Below, piece after piece: positions 35,265 to 44,200 of a stretch of 64,000 bases of DNA; the first letter of the stretch is position 1, and every line of letters starts with the position of its first letter. The DNA comes from an uncultured delta proteobacterium (GTDB lineage: Bacteria; Desulfobacterota; Binatia; Binatales; Binataceae). Position numbers and translations under genes: made by a program. The stretch lies in NCBI GenBank assembly GCA_963814035.1, contig CAWFBH010000001.1:337130-401129 (forward strand), in the 5' to 3' direction. The notes under the pieces are model-generated. The model was given only the letters and a program-made list of their open reading frames with translations. It was not told the origin of the DNA and ran no database searches.

Positions 35265-35285
35265 ATCAACTGGTTTTGCGATGGA

Positions 35286-35372
35286 CTACAAAACCGGCGC
35301 GCAGGCGAATGCCGTGGTGGACCACCACCAGTTCGCCCAAGCGCTGCCGTTTACGTATTCCATTACCGTCAT
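35286..35372 (-). CDS. trpL: trp operon leader peptide (28 codons, 4 Trp, three consecutive)
   Basis: My own reading of the minus strand is ATG ACG GTA ATG GAA TAC GTA AAC GGC AGC GCT TGG GCG AAC TGG TGG TGG TCC ACC ACG GCA TTC GCC TGC GCG CCG GTT TTG TAG, which translates to MTVMEYVNGSAWANWWWSTTAFACAPVL. It is too short for the ORF track. The second in-frame ATG at 35363 is an alternative start. Confidence 0.7.
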   Translation of the reverse strand: MTVMEYVNGSAWANWWWSTTAFACAPVL

Positions 35373-35401
35373 TAAGTATGATCAGTTCGCGTCTCTGTCA
35401 A
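35373..35401 (-). promoter_or_regulatory. Candidate sigma70-type promoter for the trp leader
   Basis: A perfect TTGACA at 35401-35396 (minus strand) lies immediately after the SPOR gene stop. After a 15-nt spacer there is CATACT at 35380-35375; with a 17-nt spacer there is TACTTA. The -10 match is weak. Confidence 0.3.
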
Positions 35402-36091
35402 CTATCGCATCGCTAGGGAGCGTACGGTGTCCTTGTACTTCGCGCGAAGTTCCTGCTCAGCGGCGCTTGCCTCATCCTGACTTTGATACGGTCCCACGCG
35501 CACCCGCCACCAGGTCTGGCCGTCGATATCGGTGGGTACCATGAAGGCGCGATATCCAAGTTTCTGCAGGCGCGCAGTCATCTGCTCCGCATTAGAGCGA
35601 TCCATCGCGGCATCGATTTGGATGTTGAACGGCTTATGATGACCACCCGATGAATCGGTCGCCGAGGCATACTTCGCGGGAGGATTCGGCGCCACCGGCT
35701 TGCGTAGCGGCTGCGTCTGGGTTTGAAATCTTCGGCGCAGCCGCGGCCGCATTCGAAACCAGGCGTCGATGAAGGCGACGCAACCGGACCCGCATTCTTA
35801 TCCATCGCGAGCGAAGCGCGGCTCGCCAGGCTTTAGTCTTTTTCACCACCGCATTGGGACGCGGCCTTCATCGCGGCGGTCTGCTCCGGCGCAGCAGCGG
35901 AGCCTTCGCCACTTCGGGCGCGGGCGGCGGATTCGGCAGCGGATAAAGCTTGCGGCCTGCGGAGCTTCAGGCGCGGTACTGCGGGCGATGTCGTATCCGG
36001 CATAAATTCCGAACGCGAATACGATCACCGAAAGACCCAAGAGGCCAAGCGCGATTAAAATCCAGCCCCCGGTTCTGATCTCAAAACGCAT
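35402..36091 (-). CDS. SPOR-domain membrane protein, at least two frame breaks
   Basis: The N-terminal TM segment MRFEIRTGGWILIALGLLGLSVIVFAFGIYAGY starts at the ATG at 36091. The C-terminal SPOR domain (FNIQIDAAMDRSNAEQMTARLQKLGYRAFMVPTDIDGQTWWRVRVGPYQSQDEA) is in ORF 35402..35752. The middle is Pro/Ala-rich and spread across frames. Confidence 0.75.
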
Positions 36092-36098
36092 ATGTCCT

Positions 36099-37787
36099 TT
36101 ACATGCGCTCCGGAGCGGAGACTCCCAGCAATGCGAGCCCTGACGCGAGTCCGGTCTTGAGCAGATTCGCAAGATAGAGCCGGGAAAGACTCAGCTCGCG
36201 CTCAGGGCCGATTATACGATTGTGCGGCTGGTTATAGTAGCGATGGAATTCGCCCGCCAGTTCGAGGAGGTAGAAGGGCATACGATGAGGCTCGAGGGCC
36301 TGCGCAGCAGCAGTAGCCACTTCAGGAAATTCTAGCACACGTTTCGCCAAATCGAGTTCCTCGGCCGAGAGCAGGTCGAGGTCTATTTTCGAGGTGTCAT
36401 CGGGAATCTCCAGCCCGGCCTTTTCGGCCTCGCGGAAAACGCTGGCGAGCCGCGCATGCGCATATTGAACATAAAAGACCGGATTTTCGGGTGCCTGCTT
36501 TTGCGCCAAATCGAGATCGAAATCGAGGTGGCTATTATGTTTGCGGAACAGGAAAAAGAACCTGACGACGTCGGTGCCGACTTCCTCGATAAGTTCGTCT
36601 AGCGTGACGTAGGTAGCCTTGCGCGTCGACATCTTCACCTTTTCGCCGCCCCGCGTCAGTGTCACGAACTGATAGATAATGGCTTTGATTCGCGATGTTT
36701 CATGGCCCAGCGCCTTCACCGCCGCGATCACGTCCTCATGTTCCGCGATGTGATCCGCCCCGAAGACATCGACGATCAAATCGAAGCCGCGCTCCAGCTT
36801 CTCGATGTGATAGGCGATGTCGGGGGTGCGATAGATCGGATCAGCGTCCTCGCCCGAGCGCACGATTACGCGATCCTTGGGCAGTCCGAGCGGCTCGGCC
36901 CGCAGCCATAGCGCGCCGTCTTTCTGCGTGACGAGGCCACGATCTTCGAGGCCATGAATGACCCTGTCGACGCGACCGTCGCGCACCAGATCGAGTTCAT
37001 TCTTGAAGCTATCGAAGCGGATGCTCAGCGTTTTGCAGGTGGCGAGGATTTCCGCGAAGATCGCCTTGACCGCCGCCGCCCGGAAGACCTCGCGATCCTC
37101 GGTGTCGGCCAGCTCCTCGCCCCGCTCTCTTCGCAGCGCGCGCGCGATCTCTTTTATGTACTCGCCCTGATAGCCATCCTCGGGCATCGTGGCCTCGCGC
37201 CCGAGCTCCTGCAGGTAGCGCACTCGAACCGACTCGCCGAGCAGCCGCATCTGACGGCCACCATCGTTGAAGTAATACTCGCGATTAACCGTGAAGCCCG
37301 CGGCCTCGTAGAGCCTTGCGATGGTATCGCCGAGCACCGCGTTGCGGCCGTGGCCGACGGTGAGGGGGCCGGTAGGATTGGCCGAAAGGAACTCAACCTG
37401 CACCGTATCGTTGCCGCCTTCGCGAAGTTTCCATTTGCGCGGACGAAAATACTTCGCGCCTTTCGCGATGGCGTGGCGCATCTCGCGATGCCAATAGCTC
37501 GACGCCATCCGGAAGTTGATGAATCCGGGACCGGCGACGGTCACTTCCCTGATCTCACCCGGCAGCTCGACATGCTCGCGAATGATCTCCGCGATCGCGC
37601 GCGGCGGCTTGCCTTCGGCCTTTGCCAGCGTCAGCGCGATATTCGAGGCGATATCGCCATGCGACGGATCCTTGGGCGATTCAGTACCGACCACGACGCC
37701 GGAAGATTTCAGCTTTCCAGCCGTGTGCGCCTTTTCGATTGCCGCGGAAATAATCGGGACGATGAGGTCTTTCATCAGATGAGGCAT
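36099..37787 (-). CDS. argS: Arginine--tRNA ligase
   Basis: An intact 562 aa. It has the class I HIGH-type motif context (SANPTGPLTVGHGRNAVLGD), a KMSTRK (KMSKS-type) motif, and a DALR anticodon-binding C-terminus. Confidence 0.95.
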   Translation of the reverse strand: MPHLMKDLIVPIISAAIEKAHTAGKLKSSGVVVGTESPKDPSHGDIASNIALTLAKAEGKPPRAIAEIIREHVELPGEIREVTVAGPGFINFRMASSYWHREMRHAIAKGAKYFRPRKWKLREGGNDTVQVEFLSANPTGPLTVGHGRNAVLGDTIARLYEAAGFTVNREYYFNDGGRQMRLLGESVRVRYLQELGREATMPEDGYQGEYIKEIARALRRERGEELADTEDREVFRAAAVKAIFAEILATCKTLSIRFDSFKNELDLVRDGRVDRVIHGLEDRGLVTQKDGALWLRAEPLGLPKDRVIVRSGEDADPIYRTPDIAYHIEKLERGFDLIVDVFGADHIAEHEDVIAAVKALGHETSRIKAIIYQFVTLTRGGEKVKMSTRKATYVTLDELIEEVGTDVVRFFFLFRKHNSHLDFDLDLAQKQAPENPVFYVQYAHARLASVFREAEKAGLEIPDDTSKIDLDLLSAEELDLAKRVLEFPEVATAAAQALEPHRMPFYLLELAGEFHRYYNQPHNRIIGPERELSLSRLYLANLLKTGLASGLALLGVSAPERM

Positions 37788-37880
37788 CCATGGTGCCAGA
37801 TAGCAGCCGCGCTGTTAAGGCGGTCCCTTGACGCACCGCGCGCGCCGATGCGAGCGTTGCGCGACCTAACGAGGTGCAAC

Positions 37881-38672
37881 ATGGAACTCGAGCTGGCAGG
37901 GAAAGTCGTAATCGTCACCGGTGGGAGCAAGGGCATCGGACGCGCCGCGGCATTAGGCTTCATCAAAGAAGGCGCGTCAGTCGTGGTATGCGCGCGTGGT
38001 CGCGAGGCTCTCGATGAGACGGTCGCGGCGGTTGACGCATCGGGGCGCGAGCGCATCGCGGCGGTCGCCGCTGACCTTACCGATCCTGCGGCAATTCAAA
38101 ACGTGATCGATCGCACGATAGAGGAATTCGGGCGCGTTGACATCCTCGTGAACAATGCTGGTAGCGCGCGGCCTGGCGATTTTCAGAAGATTTCCGACGA
38201 CGATTGGAAGCTCGACTTCGAGCTCAAGTTTTTCGGCTATGTGCGAATGGCTCGCGCGGCGATGGCGCGAATGGCCGAAAGCAAGACCGGAGTAGTCGTC
38301 AATGTCATCGGCACCGGCGGTCTGGTTCCGTCCGCAGGATATATGGTGGGCGGCGCCGCGAATGCCGCGCTCAATCACTTCACCAAAAGCCTCGCCGGTG
38401 AAGGAGCGAAGCATGGAGTTCGTGTGGTCGGTATCAATCCCGGACCTATCCTCACCGAGCGCCTGGAGTTGTTCCTCGCGCAGCGCGCCCGGGAAGCTGG
38501 AGGGGCGCAAGCTCCCGAGGAAATCATGCGGCGCATGACGCCGCTGGGCCGCCCCGGCAAAGCTGATGAGGTAGCGGATCTGATTTTGTTCCTCGCGTCG
38601 GCGCGCGCGGCATTCATCCACGGCGCGAACATCACCATCGATGGCGGCGCGAACCCGGGTCTCATCGGATGA
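37881..38672 (+). CDS. SDR-family protein with non-canonical active-site positions
   Basis: The start is the ATG at 37881 (MELELAGKVVIVTGGSKGIGRAAA, a TGxxxGxG Rossmann motif; NNAG is present). The track ORF start at 36954 is an antisense extension across argS. Confidence 0.85.
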   Translation: MELELAGKVVIVTGGSKGIGRAAALGFIKEGASVVVCARGREALDETVAAVDASGRERIAAVAADLTDPAAIQNVIDRTIEEFGRVDILVNNAGSARPGDFQKISDDDWKLDFELKFFGYVRMARAAMARMAESKTGVVVNVIGTGGLVPSAGYMVGGAANAALNHFTKSLAGEGAKHGVRVVGINPGPILTERLELFLAQRAREAGGAQAPEEIMRRMTPLGRPGKADEVADLILFLASARAAFIHGANITIDGGANPGLIG

Positions 38673-38734
38673 ACCCCTTCGAGCGATGTGGAGCAGCTTG
38701 ATCTCGACGGTGGGATTGGTCGGCGGGTACCGGC

Positions 38735-39103
38735 CTAGTTTGCCAGACGTGGGTCATCTGCGGATAGGCACAGCGACATGCCTACATATTTTCGCAAATC
38801 ATCAAAATATTGCTTCTCGAAATAGCTGGGAGGAATTTGCGCTTCGGGCGATTGGCGGCGCGCCTCCGCTAGCAGCTCAGGCAATTTGTTTTTCCGGAAA
38901 TCATCACGAAAGTTTGGATCGTCCAACTGTTTCAGTGACCTGAGTCGCCTGGCTTCGCAATCGGCCTTCGACCGTACCGGCCCGACCCTTGACCACTTTG
39001 AAATTGGCAGAGACAGGTCCGGTTTCGGCGAATGATACAGAGCGTGTGGGAAAACCAAATACCACCCCACAAGCGCGAGCGCGGCAGAGTGGCGGAACTT
39101 CAT
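38735..39103 (-). CDS. Small secreted protein, paralog a
   Basis: The ATG at 39103 gives MKFRHSAALALVGWYLVFP..., a signal-like N-terminus. The C-terminus ends in ...MSLCLSADDPRLAN. Confidence 0.5.
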   Translation of the reverse strand: MKFRHSAALALVGWYLVFPHALYHSPKPDLSLPISKWSRVGPVRSKADCEARRLRSLKQLDDPNFRDDFRKNKLPELLAEARRQSPEAQIPPSYFEKQYFDDLRKYVGMSLCLSADDPRLAN

Positions 39104-39173
39104 GCGGCATGTTGTACCGTCTGCGCAGCGCGCATTGAAGTACCTCAAGTTCAATACGGGCCTAATTTGCCCG

Positions 39174-39433
39174 TCAGTGGCCTAGTTTTACTGACGGGGT
39201 TGCCTGATTTGGGGTAGCGGATTTGACCAGACGAGGATCGTCGGAACTGATGCATCTCCCTAATGACAAACCTTGCCGCGCTGGGCTTTACATTGAGCCG
39301 CAGAATCATAGGCCCATACCTGATTCCACTCTGATAGTGGGGCATGAACATTGTAGTCATAAGCTCCTCTTCGCGGCGGGTACATCAGATACCAACTCGC
39401 AAGCGCTAGTGCAGCGGCGTGGCGGAGTTTCAT
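39174..39433 (-). CDS. Small secreted protein, paralog b (not in ORF track; one frame break near 39265)
   Basis: My own translation from the ATG at 39433 is MKLRHAAALALASWYLMYPPRRGAYDYNVHAPLSEWNQVWAYDSAAQCKAQRGKVCH(stop). The next frame continues LSLGRCISSDDPRLVKSATPNQATPSVKLGH, which matches the C-terminus of paralog a. Confidence 0.45.
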
Positions 39434-39621
39434 GGGTCCATCTAGCGCCGCTGCGCCCGAAAAGCGAAGTGGCCGTGTATGACAATCTCAGTGGCCTAAT
39501 TCGCCAGTACCTCACATTGGGTCCCGACGTCTGATGCCAGTACCGGAGGCGTTTCCGGCTTGCCTTCGATCGCGAACACGAATTAGCGTGCAAACACATT
39601 CATCTTTGGAGGACCTGCATC

Positions 39622-40179
39622 ATGGCTGCTGATATCTACGGAATTCCGACCAAACGCATCGATGGTTCTGAGGCTACCCTGGGCGACTACAAGGGCGAGG
39701 TGCTGCTGATCGTCAATGTCGCATCGAAGTGCGGACTGACTCCGCAGTACGCCGAGCTGGAAAAAATCTACGAGACCTACCATGGCAAAGGATTCGAGGT
39801 TCTCGGGTTTCCGGCCAACGAATTCGCCGGACAGGAACCCGGATCGAATCCCGAGATCAAGCAGTTCTGCGAGACGAAATTTGGCGTCAAGTTTCCCATG
39901 TTCGAAAAGATCGTGGTGAAAGGCGAGGGGCAGCATCCCCTGTATCGCCATCTGATCAGCGCAGTACCCAAGGCCCAGGGCAAAGCCGACAGCGCGCTAC
40001 GCAAGACCCTCGATCAGCATGGGCTGGGACCCAAGAACGAAACCGACATCGCCTGGAACTTCGAGAAATTTCTGGTCGATCGCAAGGGTGAAGTCGTGGC
40101 TCGATTTGCTCCGGACATCACCCCGACGGATCCGCTCGTCACCGCCTCTATCGAGGCACAGCTCTCGAAGAGCGCCTGA
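39622..40179 (+). CDS. Glutathione peroxidase (Cys-type)
   Basis: LLIVNVASKCGLTPQY...LGFPANEFAGQEPG...WNFEKFLVDRKG are the three GPx signature blocks. The active site is Cys, not an in-frame TGA. Confidence 0.9.
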   Translation: MAADIYGIPTKRIDGSEATLGDYKGEVLLIVNVASKCGLTPQYAELEKIYETYHGKGFEVLGFPANEFAGQEPGSNPEIKQFCETKFGVKFPMFEKIVVKGEGQHPLYRHLISAVPKAQGKADSALRKTLDQHGLGPKNETDIAWNFEKFLVDRKGEVVARFAPDITPTDPLVTASIEAQLSKSA

Positions 40180-40211
40180 CGGTTGATTGGCGGCGGCTGT
40201 TCGCGGAGCTG

Positions 40212-41210
40212 TTATTCGAGTCGCAGCTTCGCGAACACGCCGGCGTGATCGGTGGGCCAGACCCCAGAAGCGGTTCGCGCCGCCGGCTGCGCTGCCACCA
40301 ACTTCGCGGAAATCGGGGTGATCGCGCCGCGCAGAAGAATCAAATCGAGTCGGCGGTTGAGTTCGGCGGCGATGTTGCGCAAATCCGGCGCGTGGCAGCA
40401 GGTGTTCCCGGGATCTCCGGAGTTCACCGCCGCCCACGCGTCGGTAAATCCGGCGGCGATCAGGTCCGGGTAGGTGCGGGTGTAATCCTCGACCTCGGGG
40501 CGTCGATTCGCATTCGAATTGAAGTCCCCCACCATGATGATGGGGAACCCTACATTCGCGAGCGCTGCGATGAGCTCATTGTTTTGCGCTACTTGAACCG
40601 CCTCTTCCAGCGATTCGATGTGCGTCTCGACGAAGCGGAATTTCCGGTCATCGAGTAGCGCATCAACTGCGATCCAACTGCGCGGGACGTTCACTGTTCC
40701 CATCAACGGGCTGCCAACTTCGTAGAGGGTCGTGAATGTTTTGGCCTCCGCATCGTAGGGGCGGACTTTACTGGGATTCGGACCAACCCGGAGAAGCACC
40801 GCGTGTCGATCCTGAAATTCCACGAAGTTTCCATTCATATCGCAGGGCGCGGAGCGATTGAGGTCTCGATTCACCGCGATTGGCGTGTAGAAGAAGCCCT
40901 CTTTCTGCAGCGCCTGGAGAACCAGCAGTAGAAAATCATACTTCGGCGCCATGGTGCCCGGCGCTCCTGCGGACCAGAGAGCGATCTCCTGCAAAGCTAC
41001 CAGGTCGGGCGCGGATGCCGCGATCTGATGCGCGATGCTGACTGCTCGCGCGGGAATATCGGTAGCCTGAACCTCGGCCCAGAGTTTTCCGAGCGTTTCG
41101 ATCAGCCCCGGGAAATCCTTCGCGCCGAATGCCGGCCCGAGATCGGTCCCGAAATAGACGTTCAAGGTCAGGACGGTGACATCGCGAGGACCAGAACTTG
41201 ATTCTTCCAT
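40212..41210 (-). CDS. Endonuclease/exonuclease/phosphatase (EEP) family hydrolase
   Basis: It has the EEP motif series: LTLNVYFG, VALQEI, IMVGDFNS, and PTDHAGVFAKL at the C-terminus. Confidence 0.75.
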   Translation of the reverse strand: MEESSSGPRDVTVLTLNVYFGTDLGPAFGAKDFPGLIETLGKLWAEVQATDIPARAVSIAHQIAASAPDLVALQEIALWSAGAPGTMAPKYDFLLLVLQALQKEGFFYTPIAVNRDLNRSAPCDMNGNFVEFQDRHAVLLRVGPNPSKVRPYDAEAKTFTTLYEVGSPLMGTVNVPRSWIAVDALLDDRKFRFVETHIESLEEAVQVAQNNELIAALANVGFPIIMVGDFNSNANRRPEVEDYTRTYPDLIAAGFTDAWAAVNSGDPGNTCCHAPDLRNIAAELNRRLDLILLRGAITPISAKLVAAQPAARTASGVWPTDHAGVFAKLRLE

Positions 41211-41285
41211 CTTTGCCTTTGGCGATTGCCTCGTGCTCGGACGTGGCAGTTGGACGCGATTCCTTGTTTTACAGCGGTTGGAACT

Positions 41286-44200
41286 TCAGGCCTGCGAATT
41301 CGTGGCGGCGATGCGTCCTTCGCTAAGCTTGAGCCATCCGGTCATTTCGAGGCTGCGAAATTGTCGCGCGGCTACTTCGAGAAGCGGTAGCGCTCGCGCG
41401 GTGTCTCCTGGCTGATGGCGCCGAAGGTACATCAACGCCTCATCGTAATCCGCAATCGCGCGAAGCGGTCGCGCTCCGGCCTCTTCCAGAACCTTCCGGG
41501 CCTTGGCAAACCATTCGGACGCTTCATCATGCCGCCCCTGAAGCGCACACAAGTGCGCGAGTTCGAGACGAGCGTCAACCGCGGGCCATCGCAAGTCAGG
41601 CGCGAGAACCTTCTGGCGAATGCTTTGCTCAATCACTTCCACATGATCAGTGCGGTTGAGCAGCCACAGCGTAGCTGCAGCCAACAGGGTCATCGGAATG
41701 TAGTTGATGCCCCAGGAGGCGCCCTTCTCAACCGCCAGCGGAAGTTCGTTCAGGTAGCGCAGCGCACGATCGGGTTGGCCCGAGTAAGCATAGCCGCATG
41801 CCACATAGGCAGTGGCCCCGGACAGGGTCCATTTTATTTCCTCGCCGATGGCCTTTAACGCTTCAACCACGCTGATTTGTGATTCCGACGGATGTCCAAG
41901 GCTGCTGGTCATATCGGCGAGGAACTGGGGCCAGTCCTGGTTGAGCAACATCTGGAATTCGACCCGTGCACCTAGAAAGCTAACCGTACCAAACGAGGGA
42001 CGCGCGAGACGTGCGGCCAGAGCCGCGGCGCGATCCAGCGCGGCGCGCGTCTCAACGAATTCACCCAATGCCGCGCGGCATCTGGCCACGCCCGCCCATG
42101 CCCGCACCGCTCTCGCGAGTGAGCCGCTGCGCTCGCCCTCGATCCCTTCCTGCTGCCATAGCGCAAGGGCGAGGCGAAAATCTCCGCCCCGCATGGTAAT
42201 CCTTGCCACCGGCGCCGGGTCGCTGATGATTTCCTCCCGCGTGTAGTGGACCGGATCGATGTGGCGCGATCTCAATTGCTCCGGTGGCAGCCGCCGAAGC
42301 ACTTCGCAGAGCTGGCGGCTCTCGGGCGAATCCATCGAAGTTCCGGGATTTGCCGGGTCTTCGGCCTCGGCGCGATTGAGGTCGATCTCGGTCAGACTCG
42401 CCCAGGTTATGTCGCGCCTGGCCTCGATGTAGCGCAAACCCTCTTTGGCCAGTTCCCATGCGCCGCGGGTGAGGCTGGCATTGAACATCGCGCGGGCGAT
42501 CTGTTCGTAGTAATCGGCGGTGGCATCTGTACCCTCGGAAGCCATGACAGCCTTTCCGGCGGCATGGGCCGTCTTCAGAGCTTCCGCCCCGTCGAACGAC
42601 CAGGTCAGCGCGAAGCTCAGGCGCGCGAGTATTCGCGGACGCCGGGGATCGTCTTTCGGCAGCAATTCCAGTGCGATGCGCAGGAAAGCCGCGACATCGT
42701 CGTGACCATAGGCGGCTTCGGCGTTGTCGGCCGCGGCAACTGCATAGTCTGCTCCGCGTCCGGTGCCGGCCTCTGCGGAGCCACGCCAGAACTGAAATGC
42801 CACTTCCGCCGCATGATGTGCCACGAGCTCGCCCCACGCGCGCTCCATCTCTTCGGCAATTTTTCGATGCAGTCTGACGCGCCGAACCGAATTGAGTTGC
42901 GCATAGAGCGTGTGCCGAATGATGGCATGGGTGAAATCGAAACTTTCCGCGTCGGGGCCGGGGCGCAACAGTTTCGCTTCCAGCGCCTCATCGATGGAGG
43001 ATAAGGCCGCGTTCTCATCGAGTTCCGCCACCGAGGCGGCCACTTCGAGTGCGAATGGACCATTGAAGGCCGAGGCCACGGAAAGCAGCCGATTGGCCGG
43101 CTCCGAGAGCCTCAAAACCCGTCTGCCGATTAACTGCCGCACGCTTTCGGGGATGCCGAGCTCGTCAATGTTCGGCCGCGAACTCCAACCTTTGCCTTCG
43201 CGCAGGATCTCGCCCTTTTCGAAAAGGTCGAGCAGCAGCTCGCGAATAAACAGCGGGTTACCATCGGTCGCCTCGCCGAGCGCTTTGACCAGGTTTTCAG
43301 GCGCGCCTTGATCGCCGATGAGGCCGAGCAAGTCCGCCAACTCCTCACGCTTGAGCCCGTCGAGGGTCAAACTCTCGAAATTGCGCACCCGGCTCATCCC
43401 GGCCAGCGCCGCCGTAAGCGGATGTTTGCGGTCCACTTCGGCGTCGCGATAGGCGCCAAGCAGGAGGATGGAATTGGCGGCGACGAAATGGGCGACGTGA
43501 CTCAGCATCGCAACCGTGCCGCGATCGGCCCAGTGTAAGTCATCCAGCAGCAGGACCAGAGGGCCGCGATGTGAAAGCGTAATAACGAACTGCGCGACCG
43601 CATCAAACAGCCGGAAGCGCTCATCTTCCTTGTCCAGCGAGGCAGGTTCCGCGGCATCGTTCAGCGATTCGCGCAGCGACGGTGCGATGCGCGCGAGGAT
43701 CGATCCACGCTTCCCCAACACTGCCGCGAACTGCGCCGGATCGGCATGGCGGGCGTATTCCGCAATCGCCTCGGCGAAGGGCGCGAAGGGCGGTTGCCAT
43801 TCGCCGTCGTAACACGCGCCGCGCAGGATGGTTACCCCTTGCTGCCGCGCCTGGTCGGCAAATTCGTCGATGGTGCGGGTTTTGCCGATGCCCGGTTCGC
43901 CTCGCAGCATCACAATTGAGCCGCGACCGTTGCGCGCTTCTTCGAGTCTGTTCGCCAGCCGTTTGAGCTGCTTGACCCGCCCGACGAAGGGCGTCCGGTT
44001 CAGCATCACCGCCGGATCGTTGCGCTCGTAAACCACCTCGCAAACGCCAATGGACGTCGCGGTTCCCTTGAGCTCGATCGAGCCGACATCGTGAAAGCTG
44101 AAAGCCTGACGTGAGGCGAGCAGTTCCGCGATCAGCCTGCTGCATAGGATTTGTCCGCTCGCGGCTCGATCGCACAACTGGCGCGCGACTACCACCGGGG

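Noticed and set aside
35177-35401. A T-box riboswitch or a TRAP-type (G/U)AG repeat array as the trp regulatory element.
   Set aside because: I could not find a T-box specifier/antiterminator consensus or a run of about 11 spaced GAG/TAG triplets. The leader peptide with WWW plus a terminator explains the region better.
36954-37880. The first 309 codons of the 572-aa plus-strand ORF 36954..38672, and similar long ORFs antisense to real genes. Examples are 605..1390, 26728..27945, 29677..30648, 33652..34560, 44151..45548, 53372..54322 and 59017..59937.
   Set aside because: They lie opposite genes with unmistakable family motifs (argS, hppA, RND, trpB, trpE, patatin, cyclases). Their products are Arg/Ala/Gly/His-rich and low in complexity, as expected for shadow frames in GC-rich DNA. 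The SDR gene has a proper ATG and Rossmann motif starting at 37881.
39622-40179. Selenocysteine recoding in the glutathione peroxidase.
   Set aside because: The active-site codon encodes Cys (NVASKCG), and there is no in-frame TGA.
41286-41500. A C-terminal LuxR-type helix-turn-helix on the cyclase-NTPase proteins, as in mycobacterial Rv0386-class proteins.
   Set aside because: The C-termini of all three copies end in TPR-like helices (…ITDYDEALMYLRRG…MTGW…). I could not recognise a trailing HTH segment there. This should be confirmed by HMM search.
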